Shown here piece after piece: positions 9,302 through 17,429 of a DNA stretch of 46,622 nt (the stretch's first letter is position 1; each line of letters begins with the position of its first letter). Where the stretch lies: contig JAOUFZ010000001.1 in the NCBI GenBank assembly GCA_029857995.1, positions 1-46,622 on the forward strand, given 5' to 3'. Both the position numbers and the translations under genes were made by a program. The notes under the pieces were generated by a model that was not told where the DNA came from, ran no database searches, and was given only the letters and a program-made list of their open reading frames with translations. The stretch is from Dehalococcoidia bacterium (lineage in GTDB: Bacteria > Chloroflexota > Dehalococcoidia > GIF9 > AB-539-J10).

Positions 9302-9589
9302 ATGCATGACTACGAACTAGTAGCTATAATTAGTCCCGAGGTTGATGAGGACGAAGTGTCCAAAATTGTGGACAGGGTGACTGAGTCGATCAATAGCCGC
9401 GGTGGGGCGGTGGAAGAGATAAAAAATTGGGGAAAAAGAAAGCTAGCTTACCCTGTCAAGAAATTCGTGGAAGCTGATTATATTCTAGCTCACTTTAAGC
9501 TAATGCCAAAATCAGTCAGAGAACTCGAAAGCGAAATTGGCACTTTTGCCGATATTCTACGATATCTTGTGGTAAAGGTAGGTGATTGA
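9302..9589 (+). CDS. rpsF: 30S ribosomal protein S6
   Basis: 95 aa. It shows MHDYELVAIISPEV...NWGKRKLAYP. Confidence 0.95.
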   Translation: MHDYELVAIISPEVDEDEVSKIVDRVTESINSRGGAVEEIKNWGKRKLAYPVKKFVEADYILAHFKLMPKSVRELESEIGTFADILRYLVVKVGD

Positions 9590-9980
9590 TATAGCAAGCT
9601 TAAGCAAAGTAATATTGGTTGGCAATCTCGGCTCTGATCCGGAGATGAGGTACACACCTAACGGAAAGGCAGTCACATCTTTCAATATAGCTACCAATCG
9701 TCGTTACACTACTTCTGCCGGAGAGAGCAAGGAAGAAACAGACTGGTTTAGAGTCAGCGTTTGGGGCAAGCAAGCTGAACAGTGCAATCAATTCCTAAGC
9801 AAGGGGAAGCAAGTTTATGTTGAGGGAAGATTGCACGCTCGCAGTTGGGAAGGACAAGATGGGCAGATGCGTACTAGCCTTGAGGTGACTGCAGAACGTG
9901 TACTTTTCCTTGGTAAGCGAGGTGCGGTGTCGCTTCCTGAGGGAGAGGAGATTGAGCCTGAAGATTTGCCCTTTGAGTAA
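9582..9980 (+). CDS. ssb: single-stranded DNA-binding protein
   Basis: 132 aa with a GTG start. It has an OB-fold (KVILVGNLGSDPEMRYTPNG) and an acidic C-terminal tip DLPFE. Confidence 0.95.
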   Translation: MIDIASLSKVILVGNLGSDPEMRYTPNGKAVTSFNIATNRRYTTSAGESKEETDWFRVSVWGKQAEQCNQFLSKGKQVYVEGRLHARSWEGQDGQMRTSLEVTAERVLFLGKRGAVSLPEGEEIEPEDLPFE

Positions 9981-9998
9981 TAATAAAGGAGAGGAAAT

Positions 9999-10313
9999 TT
10001 GGCTAATATTGGAAGAGTAACTGGAAGAGTAACTGGAAGAGTAAGAAGTACAAGGAACTTCGTCACCAGACCGGCAGTCTGTCCATTTTGTAAGGGGAGG
10101 ATGACGATTGATTATAAAGATGTTTCTATGTTGTCTCGCTATATTTCCGGTCAGGGCAAGATTGTTTCACGACGAAGGAGTAGAACATGTGCCAAGCATC
10201 AAAGAGGCTTGGCACACGCCATAAAAAGAGCTCGTTATCTTGCTATGTTACCTTACGCACCAAAGCATGTTTGGAAAACAGGAGGCGTCGGCCTATCTCG
10301 TTCGACAGTTTGA
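9999..10313 (+). CDS. rpsR: 30S ribosomal protein S18 with an N-terminal repeat-encoded extension
   Basis: TTG start preceded by AAAGGAGAGG. The conserved core is CPFC...IDYKDVSMLSRYIS..GKI.SRR.S..CAKHQR.LA.AIKRAR.LA.LPY. Confidence 0.9.
   Translation: MANIGRVTGRVTGRVRSTRNFVTRPAVCPFCKGRMTIDYKDVSMLSRYISGQGKIVSRRRSRTCAKHQRGLAHAIKRARYLAMLPYAPKHVWKTGGVGLSRSTV
10011..10046 (+). repeat. 12-bp tandem repeat, 3 copies, in frame in the rpsR 5' region
   Basis: GGAAGAGTAACT GGAAGAGTAACT GGAAGAGTAAGA encodes GRVT GRVT GRVR. Confidence 0.9.
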
Positions 10314-10316
10314 AGA

Positions 10317-10457
10317 ATGCCAAAGCGGACTTATCAACCAAAGAAGATTCCCCGGAGGCGCAGCTTAGGTTTTCGTGCCAGGATGGCGACTAGAGGTGGA
10401 AGACGCGTGCTTAGGGCAAGGCGTCTTAAGGGGAGGTATAGACTGACTCCGGTTTAG
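10317..10457 (+). CDS. rpmH: 50S ribosomal protein L34
   Basis: Own translation, since the ORF is too short for the track: [46 protein letters not shown]. This is the canonical L34 sequence pattern, located directly upstream of rnpA. Confidence 0.9.
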   Translation: MPKRTYQPKKIPRRRSLGFRARMATRGGRRVLRARRLKGRYRLTPV

Positions 10458-10466
10458 CTTTATCCT

Positions 10467-10805
10467 GTGAAAGGGCCTCATTTCTTAACTAATAGAGCAC
10501 AATATACTTTGGTTTATCGACAAGGTAAAGTCTGGGCAGGTAGCTTGCTAGTAATGAAGGCGATGCCCAATGGCTCAAGTCTAAGCCGGTATGGTTTTTC
10601 CGTGACCAAAAAAGTAGGTAAAGCGGTGCGGCGTAACCGCCTGAAGAGATTGCTGAGGGAAATAATGAGGCTGCAGTCGCTAAAGCCGGGATGGGACATC
10701 GTGTTCATGGCTCGGTCTGTAGCCGTCAATACTGACTATCACCAGCTAGAGAGGGCAGTAAGTAAGCTTTTGGCTCGGGCGCAATTATTGGAGAGCAACG
10801 AGTGA
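10467..10805 (+). CDS. rnpA: ribonuclease P protein component
   Basis: 112 aa basic protein with a GTG start. It has RYGFSVTKKVGKAVRRNRLKRLLRE (RNR motif) and the rpmH-rnpA-yidD synteny. Confidence 0.9.
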   Translation: MKGPHFLTNRAQYTLVYRQGKVWAGSLLVMKAMPNGSSLSRYGFSVTKKVGKAVRRNRLKRLLREIMRLQSLKPGWDIVFMARSVAVNTDYHQLERAVSKLLARAQLLESNE

Positions 10806-11017
10806 ATCGGATAGCCTTGGGGTTAATTAAGTTGTACCAGAACACAGTGTCGAGGGTTCTGCCTAATGTTTGTCGTTTCCAGCCAACATGCTCACATTAC
10901 GCACTTGAGGCAATTAAAAAATATGGGTTTGCCCGAGGTAGCTGGCTGGCAGCCAAGAGGATAATTCGCTGCAATCCTTTCTCCGAAGGTGGATACGATC
11001 CCGTACCTGAGCTATAG
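10802..11017 (+). CDS. yidD: membrane protein insertion efficiency factor YidD
   Basis: 71 aa. It shows LIKLYQ...CRFQPTCSHYALEAI...G...G.WL...RI.RCNPF. GTGA overlaps the rnpA stop. Confidence 0.9.
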   Translation: MNRIALGLIKLYQNTVSRVLPNVCRFQPTCSHYALEAIKKYGFARGSWLAAKRIIRCNPFSEGGYDPVPEL

Positions 11018-11018
11018 A

Positions 11019-12212
11019 ATGAAACAACGAAAAGCCTTGTTCCTCGCAGTAATCGCTCTTTTGCCGTTGGTGTTGGTCTCTTGCATCGGCGGGGGGCAGC
11101 CAGCAGGTGGATGGTCGGGGACCACAGTTTATGACGGCATTGTTTATGCGGGCACCATGGATGGCAGGGTGGTTGCCATAAATTCGTCAACTAGAAATCT
11201 AGAATGGTCTTATTCCACCACCCCGGTTACCGCACCCTCCAGCGGCTTATCATGTGGCCAGACATCTATTACTGCTATATATGGTACACCGGTTGTAGAT
11301 AGAGATATGGTTTACATTGGCACCTATAGCGGTCAGGTTGTGGCATTGAACATGTTGGCTAGAAGGGAGAATTCGACCTTTCCTCAGCAAAGGTATGGTG
11401 AATGGGAGTGGGATTGTCCCATAGATAATGCAAAAAGCAATGCTATAGTAGCTGGCCTGTTAGTGCGCGAGGATGCCATATACGTAAGTAGCTCCAATGG
11501 CCGGGTGTATTCTCTGGATAAGGAATTCGGTGATTTAAATTGGGAATCAAAGGTCTTAGATGAAACGCATAGAAAGCTATGGACCTCCCCGGTAATTCAA
11601 GGTAATACTCTTTATGTCAATACCTACGATGGTCATGTCTATGCTTTGTCGTTAGAAACGGGGGAGTTATTGGACTGGTCTTTTGAATCAGAGGCAGGGT
11701 TTGTTTCTTCACCAGTGATTTACGAGGATATCATATTCTTGGGTTCGTTTGACCGCCGTCTTTGTGCGGTAACAATAGGCAGTGATGTGCCAATGTGGAA
11801 ATTTCCCCAAGAAGAACCAGCCGGTAACTGGTTCTGGGCGTCTCCTGTAGTTAATGAAGGCATTGTCTATGCCGGCTGTCTCGATGGCAGGCTTTATGCT
11901 ATTGAAGCAGAAACAGGGGAAAAGTCGTGGGAATTCGATACTGAAAGCCCCATAGTTTCCTCACCTGTTTTGATGGATAATCTACTGATAATAACTGATG
12001 AATCAGGCACTGTATATGTCTTTGACCTCAGCGCCGAGCTTGAGGATGAGGCAGTGCCGTTGAAAGCTATCTCAATTGGCGCTTCTGTTAGAGGTTCTTT
12101 CTGCGCCCAGGATGGTCTAGCTTATATTAGGGGCGAAGATAACTCGATATATGTTGTGGATATTGACAAAGGGGAAGTAAGTTGGAAGATTCCCTTGACT
12201 GCTAAAGAGTGA
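11019..12212 (+). CDS. PQQ-like (BamB-like) beta-propeller repeat lipoprotein
   Basis: It has a signal peptide plus lipobox (LLPLVLVSC). Repeated motifs G.VYA....DG.VYAL......G...W are typical of PQQ-type 8-blade propellers. The start is chosen at ATG 11019, just after the yidD stop. Confidence 0.8.
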   Translation: MKQRKALFLAVIALLPLVLVSCIGGGQPAGGWSGTTVYDGIVYAGTMDGRVVAINSSTRNLEWSYSTTPVTAPSSGLSCGQTSITAIYGTPVVDRDMVYIGTYSGQVVALNMLARRENSTFPQQRYGEWEWDCPIDNAKSNAIVAGLLVREDAIYVSSSNGRVYSLDKEFGDLNWESKVLDETHRKLWTSPVIQGNTLYVNTYDGHVYALSLETGELLDWSFESEAGFVSSPVIYEDIIFLGSFDRRLCAVTIGSDVPMWKFPQEEPAGNWFWASPVVNEGIVYAGCLDGRLYAIEAETGEKSWEFDTESPIVSSPVLMDNLLIITDESGTVYVFDLSAELEDEAVPLKAISIGASVRGSFCAQDGLAYIRGEDNSIYVVDIDKGEVSWKIPLTAKE

Positions 12213-12224
12213 AGGTTGCGTCTG

Positions 12225-12983
12225 ATGGGTCCCGGAGATATTTGGAATTTAATTATAGGCAACCCAGTACTTAATGTACTGATTGCCTTGAGCCATATTT
12301 TAGGTGGTAGCTTTGGCTTAGCAATCATTGCCCTTACCATTATCGTTCGTTTAATCTCCTGGCCTCTTACCAAGCGCCAGCTTAGTTCCACTAAGGCTTT
12401 GCAGGATATGCAGCCGAAGATTCAAGAATTGCAGAAGAAATATGGTAAAAATCAACAAAAGCTCCAGCAAGAGATGATGAAGCTTTACAAGGAAGCCGGG
12501 GTAAACCCTCTGGGTTGCTTATGGCCCATGTTGGTTCAGTTTCCTATCTGGATCGCCCTCTATCAGGCTATTATGAGGGCTCTAGCTACCACGCCGGAGA
12601 ACTTGCTTGATCTAGCCGGGCGTCTTTATTCCTGGGGGACAGTGAATCAGGCGATTCCTCTGAATAGCTACTTCTTGGGGCTTGACTTGGGAGGCCAGGG
12701 TAATATTGTATTGGCAATCCTAGTTGGCGGCACAATGTGGGTACAGCAAAAGATGACCCAAGCACCATCTGTTGACCCTAGGCAAGCGTCCACAAGCAGG
12801 ATAATGTTGCTGATGATGCCCATTATGTTTGGGTTGCTGAGTTTGAGCTTTCCCGCTGGTTTAGGTCTCTACTGGGCTGTTTCCAGTGTAATTGGTATCA
12901 TAGCCCAATATTTCGTCACTGGGGGCTGGGGTTACCTTAAGCTGCGTTCTCCATCCGAACCGATGCCAGTCAAGAGAAAATGA
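12225..12983 (+). CDS. yidC: membrane protein insertase YidC (short, monoderm type)
   Basis: It has multiple TM segments, the WPLT..Q motif, MQ..QP...ELQKKYG and NPLGGC-like (NPLGCLWPMLVQFPI). ATG 12225 is preferred over TTG 12216 because of SD spacing. Confidence 0.9.
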   Translation: MGPGDIWNLIIGNPVLNVLIALSHILGGSFGLAIIALTIIVRLISWPLTKRQLSSTKALQDMQPKIQELQKKYGKNQQKLQQEMMKLYKEAGVNPLGCLWPMLVQFPIWIALYQAIMRALATTPENLLDLAGRLYSWGTVNQAIPLNSYFLGLDLGGQGNIVLAILVGGTMWVQQKMTQAPSVDPRQASTSRIMLLMMPIMFGLLSLSFPAGLGLYWAVSSVIGIIAQYFVTGGWGYLKLRSPSEPMPVKRK

Positions 12984-13051
12984 ACTGCCATTGTAGAGAC
13001 GATCGTAGATTCTGTTAGTAACGAAGCAAATTGTCAAAGGGGAATCGGACT

Positions 13052-13684
13052 ATGGAAGTGATTGAGATAACAGCTGGGACAGTAGAACAGGCGATAGAGA
13101 AAGCAGAAGCGCAGCTGGGGCTAAGTCGTGACCAGTTCAAGGTGGAGGTTATCAGGGAAGGAAGGTCGGGGATCCTGGGAGTGGGGGGGAGAGAAGCTGT
13201 GATTAGAGTGAGCTCAACAACTTTGCCTGAAGAGGATGTGGTCAGCCGCGTGACAGAGATCCTAGATACGTTGCTTGGATTAATGGGCGTGCAAGGCAAG
13301 GTTCAAGTGCTATCAGATGAGTCGCCTTTAGCGTTGAATATCGAGGGTGACGATCTGGGCATTTTGATTGGGCGGCGAGGTCAGACTGTGGTTGCCCTGG
13401 AGTACGTTACGAAGCTAATAGTAGTCCAGCGGCTGAAGGCTTGGCTACCGTTGACAATTGACGTCGGGGGTTACAAGAAACACCGTCGTGATTCATTGCA
13501 GAAATTGGCCTTGTATTTAGCTGAGCAGGTCAAATCAAGACGCCGTGCCGTGCCTATGGAACCGATGCCTGCGGACGAACGTCGTATTATTCACTTGGCT
13601 TTGGCTGATCATCCTGATGTAACGACTCAGAGCATAGGTGAGAGGGAGAATAGGAAGGTAGTTATCTTGCCAAGAGAAGGCTAG
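13052..13684 (+). CDS. jag: Jag/KhpB-type RNA-binding protein (Jag_N, KH, R3H)
   Basis: It follows yidC and has a KH-like GRRGQTVVALEY and a C-terminal R3H (ERRIIHLAL). ATG 13052 is preferred; the track ORF starts at TTG 13031. Confidence 0.85.
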   Translation: MEVIEITAGTVEQAIEKAEAQLGLSRDQFKVEVIREGRSGILGVGGREAVIRVSSTTLPEEDVVSRVTEILDTLLGLMGVQGKVQVLSDESPLALNIEGDDLGILIGRRGQTVVALEYVTKLIVVQRLKAWLPLTIDVGGYKKHRRDSLQKLALYLAEQVKSRRRAVPMEPMPADERRIIHLALADHPDVTTQSIGERENRKVVILPREG

Positions 13685-13686
13685 CC

Positions 13687-16600
13687 ATGTTTCGAGAGGT
13701 CAGCAGCAAGATCAACTTCGTTCAACTGGAAGAAGATATCCTTCGCTTCTGGAAAGAGCAGGGAATTTTCGACGAGAGCATCAAGATAAGAAAAGAGGGA
13801 CCACATTACGCCTTTTACGAAGGCCCACCTACAGCTAATGGCAGCCCGGGAGTTCACCATGTGCTATCTCGTCTATATAAGGACGCTGTTTGCCGGTACA
13901 AGACGATGAAGGGTTATCATGTGCCACGAAAGGCAGGGTGGGATACCCATGGTTTGCCTGTTGAGTTGGAGGTGGAGAACTCTCTTGCCCTTACCAGTAA
14001 GGCTCAGATTGAGGAATATGGAGTGGCTCGATTCAATGACCGTTGTCGCCAAAGCGCTTTCAAATATATTAAAGAATGGGAAGCCATGACTGAGCGCCTT
14101 GGCTGCTGGTTGGATATGGAGCATCCTTATATAACATTAGATAATAGCTATATTGAATCCTGCTGGTGGATAACGAAACAGCTATGGGAAAAGGGCTTGA
14201 TTTATCAAGGCTACAAAGTAACGCCACATTGCGCCAGGTGTGGCACATCCCTTAGCTCTCACGAGGTGGCTTTAGGTTACCGAGATGACGCTGAAGATCC
14301 ATCGGTTTACATAAAGTTTAGGGTGGAACCATCACCAATATCTGAGACTGCCAAGCAAAAGAGACTCTATGAACTCTCAGGCGGTAAAGCAACTTATTTA
14401 CTCGCGTGGACGACCACGCCATGGACTCTGCCGGGCAATACGGCTTTGGCGGTTGCACCAGATGCCGACTACGCTGTGGTGAAGGTAGATGATGGATACC
14501 TCATTCTGGCCGATGCTCTGCTTGAGCAGGCAGGGTTAAGTGGATATAAAGTGGTAAAGGAGGTGAAAGGTAGCGATTTGGCAGGGGTACACTATGAACC
14601 CTTATACAACAATATTGACATTCGTTACGTCAAGGGAGATGAGAAAGCTTATCGTGTTATTGAGGGTGATTTTGTGTCCCTGGAGGAGGGGACGGGAATT
14701 GTACACATAGCCCCGGCTTATGGTGAGATAGACTTTGAAGTAGGCGAGAGGGAGAATCTACCACTCGTTCATACTGTGGAATTGAATGGGACGGTAACGA
14801 CTAATCTAGTGACAGGTTTTACACCTAAGGCACGGGAATATATTCAGAGAAGTGAAGCTCCAGTAACTCTTCGGCCAGCACGAGGGAAGCTGGATTTACC
14901 AGGTGCAGGCAAATTTGTCAAAGATGCAGATAAAGATATTATTGATAATTTGAAGTCTCGTGGCCTGCTCTTCCGCAGTGAGAGGATTACCCACACCTAC
15001 CCTTTCTGCTGGAGGTGTCAGTCACCTCTTCTCTATTACGCCAAGCAGACCTGGTACATCAGGACAACAGGAGTGAAAAAAGAACTTATCTCTGGCAACG
15101 CCGAAATAAACTGGTACCCCGATTATATTAAGCATGGCCGTTTTGGCGATTGGCTGGAGCACAACGTTGATTGGGCTTTTTCCCGGGAGAGGTATTGGGG
15201 GACTCCGCTCAATATATGGTGCTGTGAAGCTTGTGGCACCTCTGAATTTCCTACTTATGAATGTGTCGGCAGCTTGGATGAATTAAGGGCACAGTCAAAT
15301 CTCAGCGGCTTAACAGCAGCCTTGGATTTACACCGCCCTTATGTAGATGAAATTACCTTCGCCTGTCCTAAATGTGGTGGCAGGATGCAGCGTGTTCCCG
15401 AGGTAATTGATTGTTGGTTTGACTCGGGAGCTATGCCTGTAGCCCAATGGCATTATCCTTTCGAGAATGAAGATAAGTTTACGCAGAATTTTCCGGCCGA
15501 TTTTATTTGCGAGGCTGTGGACCAGACTCGAGGCTGGTTTTACAGCTTACATTCTATATCTACTCTACTTTTCAACCGTCCTTGCTTTAAGAATGTCATC
15601 TGCCTAGGACACGTTGTCGATGCTCAGGGTGAGAAAATGAGCAAGTCCAAGGGCAACGTAATCGATCCCCGGGCTGTGATTAATAATTATGGTGCAGACG
15701 CTCTAAGGTGGTATATGCTGGTTTCTACTCCGGGAGAAGATAACCATCGTTTCTCCACTAAGATGCTTGAAGAGACAATACGTAAATTTTTCCTTACTTT
15801 GTGGAATACGTATTCCTTTTTTTCCCTTTATGCCAATATCGATTGCTTTATTCCCCAGCCCTTGACGGTTGATAGCGATCAGCCAAAAGCTTTCACGGAG
15901 CTGGATAGGTGGATTATTTCCGAGCTTAATCGGCTGGTGAGCGAGGTTTCCAAATTGATGGACGGCTATAATCCCACTTCTGCGGCACGCAGAATTGAGG
16001 GATTTGTGGATAATCTCTCTAACTGGTATGTGAGAAGAAATCGCCGCCGATTCTGGAAAAGTGAGAACGATGCTGACAAACTGGCTGCGTATACTACGTT
16101 ATATCGATGTCTCGTGACCTTGTGTCAATTGCTGGCTCCCTTCGTGCCGTTTATTGCTGAGGAGCTCTATCAGAATCTGTGTCGCGCCGTTGATCCTAGA
16201 GCCAGAGAAAGTGTTCATCTGACTGATTTTCCGGTAGCGGATCAGGCGGAAATCAATGACAGGCTGAATAGCAATGTTGAGCTAGCTATGAAAATATCCA
16301 GCTTGGGCAGGGCAGCACGGGCTAAGGCGGGGATTAAGGTGCGCCAGCCATTGGGTAAAGCCGTGGTCAATGTGGGAGCCGAAGGGGAGAAGAAAGCCTT
16401 GGAGAGTTTAGCTACCGAGGTAATGGAAGAGATAAATGTTAAGCAACTCGTTATATTGGGTGAAGCAAAAGAAGGAGAGGAATCCCGATGCCATCCGGAC
16501 ATGCCAGATTACAGCGTGGCTAACGACGCTAAGTATTGGGTGGCCGTAAGTATTGAATTACCCCCCGAGCTAATTGCCGAGGGAGTAAGTAGAGAGCTTG

Positions 16601-16854
16601 TGCGGCATCTTCAAAATATGCGTCGCAATGCCAAGTTTGACATCACCGACCACATCATTACCTATTATCAGACAAAGGAACCATGCATCAAGCAAGTAAT
16701 AAATGCTTTTGCCGACTATATTAAACAGGAGACCTTATCTCAGGAGCTTATCAATGGTTTACCTCCTGATGGGACCTATGGTGAGAAACACCGCATCGCG
16801 AATGGCGAGGTCTCTTTGGCAATCAAACAGGCGAATGCTAAACAAACCTCGTGA
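13687..16854 (+). CDS. ileS: isoleucine--tRNA ligase (type 2)
   Basis: 1055 aa with a HIGH-type PGVHHVLSR and a KMSKS motif (EKMSKSKGN). It also has Zn-binding CWRC and CPKC pairs. Confidence 0.95.
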   Translation: MFREVSSKINFVQLEEDILRFWKEQGIFDESIKIRKEGPHYAFYEGPPTANGSPGVHHVLSRLYKDAVCRYKTMKGYHVPRKAGWDTHGLPVELEVENSLALTSKAQIEEYGVARFNDRCRQSAFKYIKEWEAMTERLGCWLDMEHPYITLDNSYIESCWWITKQLWEKGLIYQGYKVTPHCARCGTSLSSHEVALGYRDDAEDPSVYIKFRVEPSPISETAKQKRLYELSGGKATYLLAWTTTPWTLPGNTALAVAPDADYAVVKVDDGYLILADALLEQAGLSGYKVVKEVKGSDLAGVHYEPLYNNIDIRYVKGDEKAYRVIEGDFVSLEEGTGIVHIAPAYGEIDFEVGERENLPLVHTVELNGTVTTNLVTGFTPKAREYIQRSEAPVTLRPARGKLDLPGAGKFVKDADKDIIDNLKSRGLLFRSERITHTYPFCWRCQSPLLYYAKQTWYIRTTGVKKELISGNAEINWYPDYIKHGRFGDWLEHNVDWAFSRERYWGTPLNIWCCEACGTSEFPTYECVGSLDELRAQSNLSGLTAALDLHRPYVDEITFACPKCGGRMQRVPEVIDCWFDSGAMPVAQWHYPFENEDKFTQNFPADFICEAVDQTRGWFYSLHSISTLLFNRPCFKNVICLGHVVDAQGEKMSKSKGNVIDPRAVINNYGADALRWYMLVSTPGEDNHRFSTKMLEETIRKFFLTLWNTYSFFSLYANIDCFIPQPLTVDSDQPKAFTELDRWIISELNRLVSEVSKLMDGYNPTSAARRIEGFVDNLSNWYVRRNRRRFWKSENDADKLAAYTTLYRCLVTLCQLLAPFVPFIAEELYQNLCRAVDPRARESVHLTDFPVADQAEINDRLNSNVELAMKISSLGRAARAKAGIKVRQPLGKAVVNVGAEGEKKALESLATEVMEEINVKQLVILGEAKEGEESRCHPDMPDYSVANDAKYWVAVSIELPPELIAEGVSRELVRHLQNMRRNAKFDITDHIITYYQTKEPCIKQVINAFADYIKQETLSQELINGLPPDGTYGEKHRIANGEVSLAIKQANAKQTS

Positions 16855-16902
16855 GGGTTGCCCGCCAACGAATCAGTGAAAAGTAGCGACAATACCGCTC
16901 AT

Positions 16903-16914
16903 CCTGAGCTTGTC
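16903..16914. repeat. left arm of the 12-bp inverted repeat (CCTGAGCTTGTC)
   Basis: Exact reverse complement of 17277-17288. Confidence 0.8.
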
Positions 16915-16984
16915 ATGCCACGAACAATCTTTGGATAGCCCGATCAAGGGCTTGTGGCAGGACCTAGATTAAGGGAGCCAACTA

Positions 16985-17301
16985 GTGAAAGTCTTTTGGG
17001 TCTACATACTAATGTGTGCTGACAAGAGTTATTATATTGGTCATACGGATCATTAGAGAAGCGTCTGTACGAGCATGAACAGAACGTGTTCAGGTGCTAT
17101 ACATCCAAAAGACTTCCCGTAAGGCTCGTCTACTCTTGTGAATTTCAGACTCGGGAGGATGCGCTGGCCAGAGAGAGGCACATAAAGGGATGGTCACGCA
17201 GGAAGAAGCAAGCGTTGGTTGCTGGAGATTGGTCCAGGTTTCTTGCTTATTCAAAGAGTAAGGCAAATCACCTCTCGACAAGCTCAGGGCGAACGGGATG
17301 A
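16985..17301 (+). pseudogene. GIY-YIG nuclease family (UPF0213-like) gene disrupted by a 1-nt frameshift
   Basis: Frame A runs from GTG 16985 and reads VKVFWVYILMCADKSYYIGHTDH*. Frame B continues LEKRLYEHEQNVFRCYTSKRLPVRLVYSCEFQTREDALARERHIKGWSRRKKQAL. Joined, they give the GIY...YIG.T..L..RL..H...RE..IK motif set. One T appears to be missing in CATT(T)AGAG at about 17053-17055. Confidence 0.7.
17277..17288. repeat. right arm of the 12-bp inverted repeat (GACAAGCTCAGG)
   Basis: Exact reverse complement of 16903-16914. It lies inside the C-terminal tail codons of the GIY-YIG relic. Confidence 0.8.
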
Positions 17302-17429
17302 AAACTATTTTGGAAATAAATCCAAATGTGAGCTCACGGCTATTAATACCTACTAAGTGACTGAGGGCCTACAGATATGGTTTGGCATTTCGTAGCTAGT
17401 GCCTGGCTTGTCCTTTAAGCAAGCTTGTC

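Larger units (their letters stand above)
16903..17288 (+). mobile_element. possible small GIY-YIG-associated insertion delimited by 12-bp inverted repeats
   Basis: CCTGAGCTTGTC at 16903-16914 and its exact reverse complement GACAAGCTCAGG at 17277-17288 bracket the GIY-YIG relic. It lies between ileS and the convergent htrA-like gene. Confidence 0.35.

Noticed and set aside
10011-10046. Short direct repeats considered as a CRISPR-like array
   Set aside because: The 12-bp units are contiguous with no spacers and lie in frame inside rpsR. This is a simple tandem repeat.
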